Under the pieces are notes generated by a model, which made no database searches, was not told the DNA's origin, and worked only from the letters and a program-made list of their open reading frames with translations. A stretch of 63,990 nt of DNA, counting the filler, from Craspedostauros australis (taxonomy: Eukaryota), in NCBI GenBank assembly GCA_030167865.1. It is 19 parts of 19 records of this genome, joined end to end, with 100 filler letters (N's around TTAATTAATTAA, not from the genome) between each part and the next. Parts side by side here need not be neighbours in the genome. Positions count along the whole stretch, not along the records: positions 1 to 20,663 come from JALAGF010000124.1; 18 more parts are not named here. The stretch is one strand, 5' to 3'. A program made the translations under genes and the position numbers. Position 1 is the first letter of the stretch, and each line of letters begins with the position of its first letter. Below are positions 1-12,107 of this stretch, one piece after another.

Positions 1-856
1 ACAACAAACTAAGCAGCAACCACGTGAGAAATAGATACACACCTTTGAAGAATCTATTGTGGATGTAGTGTGCTCATGATAGTCAGAACAAACGAGGAAG
101 TACTGAATGGTTGATTTGTACCACAAGAAGAATGACATTGTGTGGGTAGTGGGAGAGTAGAAGGAAGCACAAGTTGGCCATNNNNNNNNNNNNNNNNNNN
201 NNNNNNNNNNNNNNNNNNNNNNNNNNNNNNNNNNNNNNNNNNNNNNNNNNNNNNNNNNNNNNNNNNNNNNNNNNNNNNNNNNNNNNNNNNNNNNNNNNNN
301 NNNNNNNNNNNNNNNNNNNNNNNNNNNNNNNNNTTTTTGACTTTTGAACTGCTGATTATGGAAGAAACTGTTGTTGCCTTATCATGGGAAATGCAAAATT
401 ACCGTCTTTCCCCCCCCCCCCAAGGTTCCAGAGCAGCAGAGTTGGCTCACAGACCATCTGCGCCTCCATTGCATGGTGTTGCACGAGTATAGGACATTTT
501 AGCCATTGAACATCAATCATCAATCCTCAGGCACTCTTCAGAAAGGCAGAAAGCGCACAGCCCACGTCCGGCTCCGCCATAGTCGTATAGTAGCCCGAGC
601 CAATAGACACACACCACAAAGTGGAATATAGCACCAAAGAGCACGACTGCGGAGACGGCGGGAACTCGAGTTCGCTCCAAAACATCCCAAACGCAGAGGC
701 GCATTCACTGGCGTTATTCACTGGTATCCACTGGCATTGCATCGAACGAGACCAACGAAGAGTTCCAGACAGAGACCAGGCGCAGACCAGACACTCGACA
801 CACCAGAGCATCTGGAGCACTCTGTTCCGCTCCACGCCACTCCGCCCCGTTCCAAC

Positions 857-3590
857 ATGAAGCGCCGATTCATCCCAGGTCAAGCGGGTCACGAGGAGAT
901 GGACGATGCTGCGGCGCTCAGCTCCTTGTTCGGGCCCAAACAGGGTGGCCAGAACTGGGTCCAGCCGCCTGCGCAGATCAACAATCGCGTGCCGACCGCA
1001 TCGCATCCACAACCGGCAACAGTGACGCCTGGTGCTGTGCCAAAGGCCAATGCCAACGCCAACCGCGCTGTGTTCGATCAAATCTCGCATCAAACCGCCT
1101 TGGCTGCGTACTACTCCAACAGCTCCTCGCAAAGTCGATCGGTGCCGTGCTTGCCCAACCGCCCCCAATCCTCCTCCTGCTGCTTCGGAGGAGGTTTCCT
1201 GTCACCGCAATTCGGCTCCATGAACCTGGACTCGGCATCATCCTCGGCCTCCTCGTCGCCCCTAGGATGGGCGAGGCAAGGAAATGGACAGGCGTTGCCG
1301 GAACCTGCCCTGCAGCCCTCATCTCAGACCAATGTGTCGGGTGCCATCACGCCATCGCCAACGGCCGATATGGTCAGGACGGATGCGGCAGCAACGGTCT
1401 CCAACGGAACGGCCGCCATCACGCCCAGCAAAAAGACGAAACTGATGGCACCCAAAGTCGCAACATCATCTTCCAAACGCAGATCGAAGGCACGGTCCAA
1501 GGCTGCCGCGCCACCGACCGCGGAAGTGGCGGCAGCTGCGGCGGCCAAGGCCACGACGACGCATATCAACGATGCGACGCATCAAGTGTCGGAAGATATC
1601 CTCGTGCACGAGCTCAACGATCTATCCATCACGGAGCGCCAACAGATCATGGAGGATGTGCACGGCGTCTCGCAGAATGTCCACGAGACGCCGCAACGTC
1701 TCAACGACGCTCTCGACGCCATGCAGAAAGAGCTGGATCGCATATCGTCGACGCCCACCACCTCCGCACCATCCTCCCTCTCCTCCTCGTCCTTGGTGCC
1801 ATCCAAATCGGATCGCCAGATCTTTGAAAAAGCATTGTTCTACCACCCCAAAAAGGTGCAGGACCGCAAATTGCGCGCCATGTTCGTGCGTTGCGAAAAC
1901 TACGACGGCGTCGCGGCGGCTAAGCGATACATCAAGTACTGGTCGTACCAATATCAGATTGCCGACGGCGATTGGGACACGCTGCTCAAACCGGGCGGCA
2001 TGACGGCCAAGGACGTGCGCGATATGGACGGCGATCCCGACAACCCTTTCCTCGACAAGGGGCTCGTGCATATTCTGCCCAAGCACGATCAGAGCGGCAG
2101 GCTCGTCGTGCTGTTTTGCAATCGGCGGTGCACGTACAAGACCTTGAATGATTTGGTACGTGTCGCATCTGCGCATTGTGTGTGTGTGATTGTGTTCAGA
2201 GCTCTTGTGGGGGACGATCCAACGAGCAGGGTGGCAAGTATGGCAACGATGTTCGTCGTGGGCGATGCAAGGCATGTGGTGCCATAGACGACAACGCAGT
2301 TGTGCCGAATGAACCCAGTTTGCACTCACATTCACACTTACATTCACATTATTATTTGATCATTCCATCTCTTCCAATATCAACGACGACGACGGTCACG
2401 ACGACGACGACGACAACTGCATTGTTCCGCCATACAGGGCCGAGTCTGCGTCTTCACGCTCATGCATGCATTGATGCAAGATGTGAATGCTCAGATCAAT
2501 GGCATCGTCGCCATCGCTTACGAATGCGTCAAAGAGGATCAGTTCGTGCTGCCCTTCGAAATGGATCTGCTATCCACATCCCGCCTGTTCCACACTGCAA
2601 TGCCGATGAAGTATCAAGCATTTCACTTTTGTTATGATGATTCTCGAATGCGAGGAGCGGTACGTTCTGCGTGCGTGCGTGCGTGCGTGCGTGTGTGTCT
2701 GCATGTATACGTCGTTGATCGAAGGCCACTTTGTTACTGTCTTGGCGCGAGTGTCATGTGTAGACAAGTCAGCATCATCAAAACGCCTTCTCACACCCAT
2801 CTCCATCAATTTCGCACATATTGTGCTAACTACTACTACTACTACTACTACTCCTCCCCCTACCACCATCACACCACCAATGCAGATGCTATTGGTCCAA
2901 ATGGGCATGGGCAAGTACGGCAGAGTCCGCTTCCGCTCGCATTTCGGAACGGACACGGAATGCCGCTACCAGCTCATGACGTTCGGAATCCCCGCCAGCG
3001 TGCTGCCTGTCGACGAGACGACCTCGACCATCGTGATGGACGAGGTATACCGCTTCCTCGACGGCATCACGCAACGCCAAAAAGCCGAGACGGAGGCCAG
3101 CGATGCGCGGCAGGCCGAAGGGCACATCGAGTATCCCACGCGCAATGACATTCTGATGGGACGCGGACGGCCGTACCAGGAGCATCACGGCAACCGGCGT
3201 TTGAACAACCTGATCGAGGCCAATTGGGCGGATTACGAGCACGGCGATCGTCAGCAGAAGATGGCGCTGTTCAATCGCATCGTGCAGGAGCTGAAGGACT
3301 GCGGCACGCGGTTCCTGTGCAAACGCAAGAAGACGAAGGACGACGACAGCGAGTGGGAGCTTGTGGATGATGTGAAGGCGCGGCAGAAGGTGAGCCACAC
3401 GTTCCGCAACAAACCGATCTTGACCAAGTACCATGCCGCCAAGAACAACAGCAACGGCAGTGGTGGCGGCAAGGGTGGCAACAACCGACAATCGCCCAAA
3501 CCAGAGTCTATCCAGTCGCAGTTGGCCATGAACTTCGCTCCTCAATCACCGTCGGTCGTTTCCACCACGGCAGATTCGGTCGAACAATGA
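857..3590 (+). CDS. Diatom-type DUF6824 protein with upstream CRAL-TRIO-like region; 3 exons (857-2155, 2438-2659, 2886-3590)
   Basis: Two phase-0 GT..AG introns (2156-2437, 2660-2885) join three ORFs in frame. The C-terminus has PTRNDILMGRG..H.GN..L...RFL...W..V....AR.KVSH.FR (DUF6824-like). The middle has ELNDLS..ER....EDVHGV, D.SGR.VV and R.R.HFG...E..YQL.TFGIP motifs typical of this diatom-expanded family. Confidence 0.8.
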
Positions 3591-3812
3591 TGTGGTGCAA
3601 AGGGAGAAGGAACGACATGGTATGCAGATAGGGGCGTTGTCTTACCTCGTACACATAATACATACGAGGATGATTGTCCCATGCGAGTATGATACATAGA
3701 TAGAAAAGTATAAGTATAAAAGGGTGCCTAGTTGTACACTGCTTCGCCTGCCATGGAAACACCATCGATGCCCCGCCCACCCAGACAACAGTGGGGCATG
3801 TACCATATGCGC

Positions 3813-4496
3813 TCATTTCCGCTTGAGATAACGCGTGAACTCGGCATAGGCCGAATCGAGATCATGATAGAGCTGCCTCGAGTCCTCCTCGCTGATCTCA
3901 TCCATCGCCCGCAACTCGTTGAGCTTCTGCAACCACTTGCGCACCTTGAAATTTGGCTCAAAGTCGTTTGGCGTCTCGGGCAATCTGGTGAGCGCGTCCA
4001 TGAGATCCGAGAGGAGCGGCTGCAGCTCATCGACGGCGCGCTGCTCCAGCTTGACGGCGTCCATCGTCGTGATGAAGTGCTGCACGGTCTCGGCCACCGT
4101 GACGGCCACGGCATCGGAGCTGCTGGCCGTGTTCATGGGCTCCGGCACGCCCATCTTGAGCAGGCGCTCCGCGGCGCGCGGGCAGTCCATGTCGTAGATG
4201 TGCATGAACTCCTCGACGGATTGGTTGTTGGACAGGGCCGCCTTCTCCTGCAGGCGGAACTGCGAGATGAGCTTGTTGCACTCCGTCGTGTACTCGTCCT
4301 GCGTGATGGCGTCGCGCGCGTAGGCGCGTTCCAGGTGCTCCGTGGCCAGGATGATGGCGTACAGCGTGGCCTGGTCGTCGTAGCCTTGGCGTTCGCGGGA
4401 GTTGCGGTATAGCGACACTGTGGAGTCCAGCACGTCGCCGTCGTCGTCACCGTGGTTGCTGCCGGACCCGCTGCCGGATCTGTTCCAGAGAGGCAT
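3813..4496 (-). CDS. VPS28: ESCRT-I subunit VPS28
   Basis: LYAIILATEHLERAY.RD.I...EY...C.KLI.QF, MDCPRA..RL..GVP, VAETVQHFIT.MDAVKL...AVDELQPLL.DL and RQL..DLDSAY..F are VPS28 signatures. Likely start is ATG at 4496. Confidence 0.93.
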   Translation of the reverse strand: MPLWNRSGSGSGSNHGDDDGDVLDSTVSLYRNSRERQGYDDQATLYAIILATEHLERAYARDAITQDEYTTECNKLISQFRLQEKAALSNNQSVEEFMHIYDMDCPRAAERLLKMGVPEPMNTASSSDAVAVTVAETVQHFITTMDAVKLEQRAVDELQPLLSDLMDALTRLPETPNDFEPNFKVRKWLQKLNELRAMDEISEEDSRQLYHDLDSAYAEFTRYLKRK

Positions 4497-5160
4497 CTTC
4501 TTCAGACTGGTGTTGTGGGTATTGTGTATTGGTGTGCGACCTATGCGAGTGTGGGATGGGGAGGAAGGAAGGAAGGAAGTCAACAGGGTCTGCCTCTGGA
4601 GAAGAAGATGGACGACTGTTTCGTTTTGTTGTGTTTTGTCGCGAGAAATGAGGAAACAGAGACAAACAAACCAACGTGAAACAACGCGAAACAACGTGAA
4701 ACAACTTCGCCAGACGCGTCTCTTGGCTTCTTTTCCTTTTGTTGTGCTCTGCACGATTCAATGAATCGTGAAACATAATCGACTCGTTGGATCCAGTCAT
4801 CCCTTTTTCATTCACAACACGCGAGTGATTGATGACGTCCTTCCACATGACACGTCAGCATTCACAGAACAAAGAGAATCCACAAGGAAGGATCGGACCA
4901 TGGCGAAAGCGGTACGAGGTGAGCGGTGGCACATCGCAATGTGCCGTGTTGAGGTTGGATGTTGTGGTTGAATGTTGTGATTGAAGCATGTTGGATGTCG
5001 AGAGTGTTGGTCTTTGTGTGTTCATCATTGCAAGTACGGGCGTTGCTGGAGTGACTCTCTGGCATTCGCAGTCAATCAGTCAATCAAATCAACAAATCAA
5101 CAAACAAGCAACCTAATACATACTGGTCTTAACACGAGTAGACAGAGAGATCCATCGACC

Positions 5161-6393
5161 ATGACCAATGCTGCCATGCATCATCCAAGACATCTGTCGC
5201 TGTGGTTGTCGTTGGGTGTGATCAGCACCATCGTCATTGGTTGCGAGTCATTCGCCACAGTCCCATCATTAGCATCATCATCACTAGCATCATCATCACT
5301 AGCATCATCATCCACTGCATCAACAAGAGCAGCATCATGCTTCAGCACGCGATTGAGATCGACCCCGAATGACTGGAGCGATCCCGACTTGGATGCCAAC
5401 CGATGGCGATCCTCGGACGAAGTGACGAACGACAGCGCAATGGGCGAAGTGGAGGCTTGGCAGGACGTCATCCGCGCCAGAAAGGACGGCTCGTTATGGG
5501 AGACCTTCCAATCGATTGAGCAGGACGACGCCGCCATGCAGGCCTTGGAGGGAGATGAGGAGGACGGCGGCGACGACGACGACGACCTGACGGATCAATC
5601 GGAGGCCTGGTTGGACGCGCTGGCTGCGATGCAGGCCGAGGAGATCGAATTCAACCTCAAGGACGCCGATCGCGCCGACCGCGCACGCCGCATGCAGGAG
5701 ATGGGACTCAGCTCGGAGGCCATCGCCAACACGCTGGACGTCGCCGTCGACACCGCCTTGGAAGAGGCCGACGCCGGCATGCAGACCTTCGAGGCCGAGG
5801 CTTACCTCGACGACATCGATTACACGACGGTCGAATCGCATACGCAGGTCGAGAAGGATCCCGACACGGACGAACCCCTGCGCCAGCAGATGGTCTACGT
5901 CGACGAGCACACCTGCATCGGCTGCACGAACTGCGCCATGATCGCGCAATCGACCTTCTTCATGGACGACGAGCATGGCCGCGCGCGCGTCTTTCAGCAA
6001 TGGGGCGATGACGACGAGACGATTCAGGTCGCCATCGAGACGTGTCCAGTCGATTGCATTCATTACGTGCCGTACGACGAATTGAAGCGCCTCGAGATCG
6101 ATCGGCGCGGTCAGAACATCAACGCCAAGGCGCGTCTCGTGAGTCAGGGTGAGTACGGCGGTTCGTCCACTGCGGGTGGGGGTCCACGGGCCTTCACAGC
6201 GCCGCAGCAGATCTCGGGCAACGCCAGAGCCCGGTGTACCAACTGTCCCAGTCGGGGATGCAAGGACTGTCCCATGTTCGGCGTGGGCAAGAATCCGGAA
6301 TTCGAACGACGTGAGAAGGAGCGCATCGAAAAGCAAGAGCGAAGGAGGTTCGAGCAGATGAGAGAGGATCAGAGCAAGTCCGTGGAGCTCTAA
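5161..6393 (+). CDS. Plastid-targeted ferredoxin (4Fe-4S/3Fe-4S) domain protein, related to the Fd domain of DnaJ-Fd chaperones
   Basis: Hydrophobic signal peptide ends in CES-FAT (ASAFAP-like), followed by a Ser-rich transit peptide. Fd domain reads VYVDEHTCIGCTNC...TFFM....GRARV..QWGD....I..AI.TCPVDCIHYV. Confidence 0.8.
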   Translation: MTNAAMHHPRHLSLWLSLGVISTIVIGCESFATVPSLASSSLASSSLASSSTASTRAASCFSTRLRSTPNDWSDPDLDANRWRSSDEVTNDSAMGEVEAWQDVIRARKDGSLWETFQSIEQDDAAMQALEGDEEDGGDDDDDLTDQSEAWLDALAAMQAEEIEFNLKDADRADRARRMQEMGLSSEAIANTLDVAVDTALEEADAGMQTFEAEAYLDDIDYTTVESHTQVEKDPDTDEPLRQQMVYVDEHTCIGCTNCAMIAQSTFFMDDEHGRARVFQQWGDDDETIQVAIETCPVDCIHYVPYDELKRLEIDRRGQNINAKARLVSQGEYGGSSTAGGGPRAFTAPQQISGNARARCTNCPSRGCKDCPMFGVGKNPEFERREKERIEKQERRRFEQMREDQSKSVEL

Positions 6394-6626
6394 CTACTCT
6401 AGAGTATCGTACTATACTACGCTAGCGGATGTTGAAATTGGTATGTTCCGATGCGAGTACATGACATAGAACGTGTGATCGTAAATCACTCAACCGGCCG
6501 CTCGCTTGCTTTCTACAAAATCCAACGCTGACTGGCACGATGTCATTCACAGAATCATCTTAGAATATGTCCTCTTCTGTCTTCAGACAGAACAGAATTA
6601 ACTCTTTCTCCCCGTTTGTCCATTCT

Positions 6627-9342
6627 TCACCGCCTGGGTTTGCATCGATCCGGCCGTCCATCGACGCAGCATTGCGTGCAGCATGGACAGCTGATCTCCC
6701 GACAGTCCGCGAACAGCGACTTCAGCGTGCCGTTGACATTCATGTGGAATTCGTTGTTGTCCCCGCAGAGGGCCAGTTCGATGGAATCACCAGACAGCTC
6801 GTTGCCGTCCAGGAGCAACGTTTCGATCGATTTCAATTGTCCGAATTCCAACGGCACGCTGCCATTGATGTCGTTGCGTGCGACACTCAGGAATTCTGTG
6901 CGGTAAAGTATGCAAAAGAAGAACAGTGTGAGTATGAGAGTATGAGTAGAGCAATGTGGTCACATGCACCAATATCAATCACCACAACGATAGTATCCGC
7001 AGCGCCGTATGGTACTCACCCAACGCCTCTAACTGACCAAGCGTCGTCGGCAGCTGCCCCGTTAGATCGTTCCGGACGAGATCCAACTGCTCCAGCTTCG
7101 CCAAATCGCCCAACTGCGGCGGCAACGTGCCAAATATGTTGTTATCTCGCAGCTCCAACACTCGCAACGTGCCGGCGTCTCCAATTTCCGGCGGAATCGT
7201 GCCGTACAAACCGCAGCGGGAACACTTGAATTCCAGCAGCCCTTCCAACCATCCGTAGGCCGCCGGAAATGCGGACGGCGTGACGTTGGACTCCGGGGGC
7301 GCGGCATCCTCCGTGCGCACGTCGTCTTCGATCTCCAGCAGTCGCCGATCGAATTGCGTCGGCACGTAGGTGATGTTGGTGAAGGAATTTTCGTTGAGCT
7401 CGATCTTCTCCACCAGATGCAACATCGCCAGTTCCGGCACGAGCTCGCCGTTGAGGCCGTTGTTGGGCAGGTCGAGGGCGCGAAGGTAGAAGGACTTCAA
7501 GGTCTCATCCCACACGCACTGCGTGGGGCTTGCTGGGTACCACTCGCAGATGGATTTGTCGGACAGCCAGTTGTCGGAGCGCTTCCAGTTGGGACCGTCG
7601 GTGGCGAGGTAGAGCGTGGTGAGGGCGAAGCGCTGTCGCAGATTATCCGCCAAGTTTGGATCGCTGAAGATGGTGTCCGTCTCGTTGTTTGCCTTCTGGT
7701 CTTCGAAGGTGTGGAGGACGTAGTCGGCAATCCGGATGAATGCCTCGAACTGCGGCGTCGTTGGATCGTAGAGGGCCGCCGCGTTGTCATTGTCCGTGGC
7801 AAGGACGGTTTGCAGAACGCGCTGGTTGAAGGCATCTCGCGGATCGTCGGGCTCTTTGGTCGGTGCGTTGGTGGGAGATGTCGTCTCGGAGGCGTCACCC
7901 AGATCGATGGATATGCCCCCCGAGTCCGGGTCGGAAAGGGCCAGGACGACACCGACGCTGATGCCGACGATGAAGATGCAGCAGCACGCGACGGACGCGA
8001 GGATGATGCCCATCGTGCAGGCGCAGAGGTTGCGGCAGCAGTTGTTGGATTTGTTGCCGTTGTCTTGGCTTTCGTAGGTGGCTTGCGTGCCGGACGTGCG
8101 CTTGCCGTTGGGGAACTGCTCCTCGTCCATGACGACGGTCTCGACGCGCGTGGCCGAGACGACGTTGTGGAGGAGCTCGTTGCGGACCTCCTCTTCTATG
8201 TCGTCGCGCGATACGGCCGTCGCCGCCACGAGGCCCTGCCCGTTGGAAGCTGGCGTGACCTTGCTGGATTCGGTGGATCGGAACCTGGAAAGGAAGGAGG
8301 TCCTGCCAGGCACCGGTGGCGCGTCCGAGTTGGTGAGGCGGACGGCTCCTGGCTGGACCTGATCTGCGGCTGGTTGCGGCATTGCGGCCACGCCATCCTC
8401 GTTGTCCACGCCTTCGGCATTCTCGTCGGGAGCATCCATGAGTTCGACGCTGTCACCCATGTCGCTGACGCTCTCCTCCGTGTAGTCATGGTCCGGTTGC
8501 GGTGGACGGTGGTCATCCTCGTGTCTCGGTTTCTTCTTTGGAGCCTCGGTCGTCGTTGTTGCTGTTGTTGTTGTTGCCGCGGGTTTCTCCTCGACACGCA
8601 GCAGCGCCACATCATCCTCCTCCACCTGCTCATCCGTGACGACCTGTGTGTAGGACGATGGCTTGTGATGAACGTCGCCACCATCGTAGGCTTGGATCTT
8701 GCGCGAGATGGCATCGCTTTGGGACGGCATGGCTGTGCCGAGCATGTTGACGCGCGTGGCGACGGGCGCCGTCTGAGCGCGGTACATGGACGGAGGCGTG
8801 AGATGCTCCTCCTTCATGTTGCTGGTCGGATCGGAACGTCTGGGAGCTTTGTTCAATCGGATGCGCCGCCTCGTGTTGTCGGATGCCGCGTTGTCGGCCG
8901 AAGCGCGCTGCGTGGAATGCGAGATCCTGGTCTTCTGCCACGATGGCTTGGTGGACGACGCAGCAGCAGCGGCCTGCGGATCGCGGTTGAGGCGGTTGGA
9001 GTTCAAGATGCCCGTGGAAGTGGGGACGACCTGCGGAGGCGAATGAGCAGCGGCTGAGTTCGGCAAGGAGGCGCCCACGCTGGTTCCCGCTGTGGTGCCC
9101 GTTCCTCGTCTGGCATCTGAAGCCACGGCCGGTGGTTTCCTAGTGTCTGCATTTGTGTCTGTTGCGTTGGCCATCGTCGTGCGAGCATTCGCAGCAGCAT
9201 CGTCCACCACCACCGTGCCCAACATGGTCAATCGAACTGCCTTTCCGTTGCCTCCAGCAGCGTTCGATGGCGTGTTGTGTGCGTTCTGCGCAGATGCCTC
9301 GTTTCCAGCATCACCGGTGCTGTTGTCAGCAGCGGCGGACAT
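6627..9342 (-). CDS. Single-pass membrane leucine-rich-repeat protein; exons 9342-7020 and 6895-6627
   Basis: Long disordered N-terminus and one TM segment (IILASVACCCIFIVGISVGVVLAL). QRFAL..LY.AT.G.NW...WL....ICEW LRR cap and plant-type LRRs (L.L..N.L.G.lP..lG.L). Intron 7019-6896 (GTGAGT..CAG) restores the frame to the last LRRs and a C.CC..C terminus. Confidence 0.85.
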
Positions 9343-10821
9343 GGTTGCGTGGTATGCGCTGCGTGTCCCAATATACTACTCTCTGGAGAGAGTCCGAAGC
9401 TGTGTGCTCTCCCTATTGGCGGAGTGCCTGCGGTGCCTTTCGGCGCTGATCCGTGCCTCTCCGTCTGTCTTTCTGGCAATGCGGAACAGATCTGGGTTGC
9501 CACCAGTACTGTACTCCCGCTGTTACTCCGACTATACTCTGCTATACTCTGCTATGCTATTGCTGTCGTTGCCAATACCGCCACCAGTGGCATGCACTCC
9601 ACTTGCACTATGCTATACTATCCTACTATGGGTAGTGTATTCCGTAACAAAGCCAAACCGAACGAAATGTGGCAAAACCAGATGGAATTCAGTCGTTCCA
9701 AACTTTCCGCGCCAACCAAGAACTGACCAAGAATTCTGTCTCTCTCCTTCTGCTCGCTCTTGCTTGCAGGTGTGGCACTCCACTCGTGTCCTCCTCGTCT
9801 ATTATAATAGGTATAATATAATACTTGCTGGATTGGAGCACTTGCGACAACACGATGGTTCTGGATGCTTCTCTTCTCGATGTGTCGGTGGGGTTGGTAC
9901 TCTGTGCGTCAACAAGAGAGTAGCTCGGAGATGGTTGAGTGTTGGAGATGGTTGAGTGTCAGAGTGTTGGATGGTATGATTTCGATGGTGGTTGATGACC
10001 ACACAAGGGAATCTCACAACAGCCTCCTTGCTGTGTGCCTCTTTTTCGTGACACAACAGCGCGCAGCCAACATCTCGCTTCGTGGTGCTCCACGAACTTC
10101 CTGCTCCCGCACGACTTCCACGCTTTTTTGTGCCCAACGTGTTCATGTTGCACGAAACGAAGGCGCAATTTGTCTTTCTTCTGTCCCACCGACATGCCAA
10201 CTAAGTGTCGCAAGTCATCGCCTCGTTCGATCAACCTCCGCGAAAATGAATCGTCGTATTGGAAACGTCGTGCAATAAGATATTTACACCAACCCCGCAA
10301 TCGCAAAACGGACGAAAACAATATGTCGGACAGATCTGAGCGCAATTTGAAGTCCGTAGCGCCAACACGAAACTGGCGCGTACAGGACTCATGAAGTTCG
10401 AATGATACGGTTGTTTTGGTCGTGGAGCGCATTGGAGCAGTCGTAAGAGCGATTGGATCCAAAGAGAGCTCGCCAGAACTCGCGTTGAGGGAGTTGGGCG
10501 TGTTGTGGCCGGGTTCTAACAATGGCCGTTGGGCAATGGAGCACAACAATGACACGATGACGCCAAAACACCAACAACGCGCAAAAAAGACGCAAAACAC
10601 GCAAAACACCAACATCCAACGGCAACTAACTCTGTCACGACGCGATGCTCGCAAACGAAACTCCCTGTTCTCCATACTTCACCATACTTCACCATACTTC
10701 ATCATATTGTATTGCTCAACAAGCCACTCGACATCGAGAGAGGATCGTTCTGCCATCATTCACGTCTTCCCGATTACAACACAAACACCAACTATCAACT
10801 ATCAGCTCCAAACCATCCAAC

Positions 10822-11766
10822 ATGGCAAAGCTCCGACTCCCACCACGCCTAGAATCCGCACCATCATCGCAGAAGTGGGCTGCGCTCATCTCCATCATCG
10901 TGCTCGCTGCAGTGGTCACGATCAACATCCAACCAGGCAACCTCGAAAACGCTTCGAACGATGCCAGCGGTGCCAACGGTGCCAACGATGCCAACAGTGC
11001 TGTTGCTTCGCAGTCTCTGCGCACCGCACTCGTGCAACCAACAGTCCAAAAGACGCAAGCCACCTTGTGCAATCGTCAGTTGCCGAAACAAATCTTCCTG
11101 TCGCAATCGAAGGAAGATGAGCTCCTCCTCGGGTGGTTCAAGAACCTCTGCGGAGGCTCCTACATCGAGATGGGCGCCCTCGATGGCCTTCGGTACAGCA
11201 ATTCCTACGTCTTCAACAAGGGATTGGATTGGAAAGGCGTGCTCATCGAGGCCAACCCCGCAAGCTACCAAAAGGTGCTGGTCAACCGTCCCAATGAGCT
11301 CGCCAGGGTCCATGCAGGTGTCTGTCTGGATGAGCGCGATCTGCATTACATCCATAGCTCGGATCCTGCCGTGTGCGGCTTCCTCGAATTCGCCGCGGAA
11401 GGCTTCAAGAAGAGGTGGTGGACACCAGCCATGATCAATAACGCCTTGATCGTGAGATGCCGCCGGCTGGACAAGATCCTGAGTGAGACTGTGGGCACGA
11501 CGTTCCACTTCGACTTCTTCTCGTTGGACGTCGAAGGTGCGGAGCTGCTGGCGCTGCAGTCGCTCAACTTCAACGAGTATCAATTCGGTGTCATCCTCGT
11601 TGAGGCTGACGGTGCCAATGGTCGCAAGGACCAGGCCATCAAGACCATCCTGCACCGTGCTGGGTACACTTTCATCGGCACAATCAATCGATCCAACTGG
11701 TTCGTGAACGATAACTTTGATCTGATCTACGATGACGTCATCTATGACGATAAGAAGGAAGGGTAG
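10822..11766 (+). CDS. FkbM-family (Methyltransf_21) SAM-dependent methyltransferase, type II membrane
   Basis: N-terminal TM (WAALISIIVLAAVVTINI). Motifs SQ..ED, YIEMGALDG..YSNS..F...L.W.GVLIEANP and FDFFSLDVEGAEL..L.SL.F. Confidence 0.88.
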   Translation: MAKLRLPPRLESAPSSQKWAALISIIVLAAVVTINIQPGNLENASNDASGANGANDANSAVASQSLRTALVQPTVQKTQATLCNRQLPKQIFLSQSKEDELLLGWFKNLCGGSYIEMGALDGLRYSNSYVFNKGLDWKGVLIEANPASYQKVLVNRPNELARVHAGVCLDERDLHYIHSSDPAVCGFLEFAAEGFKKRWWTPAMINNALIVRCRRLDKILSETVGTTFHFDFFSLDVEGAELLALQSLNFNEYQFGVILVEADGANGRKDQAIKTILHRAGYTFIGTINRSNWFVNDNFDLIYDDVIYDDKKEG

Positions 11767-12107
11767 GGCAGTTCACATAAGCTTGTCCCAAGCCAACACT
11801 AATTCATTTTGAAAATCGTACCGTACAAGTCGCGTTGAGCGTGGTGCCAATGCATGGCCCCACGGATGTCGGAGTATCATCCGTTTCTTCCAAATCTTTC
11901 AAGGTAGCAGTGGATGTAGTGTGACACTCACAGCGAGACGGAACACAAATAGAGCAGTATAGTATTCGTATGGTACATGCAGGCGCATACTCGAGGAGTG
12001 CTCCAGTCTATTCCAGAGAGCGCACTCGGGTAAATCACAGAGAGATTGAGTGCCAATACTTTGTCACTTTCCAAAAATAGAGTGCTCTGCTCTATCATGC
12101 TCTTTTT

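Noticed and set aside
7354..9057. Long antisense ORFs (e.g. 7354..9057+, 5494..6336-, 3732..4412+, 58920..59843-)
   Set aside because: Shadow ORFs opposite GC3-rich real genes, with no independent motifs.
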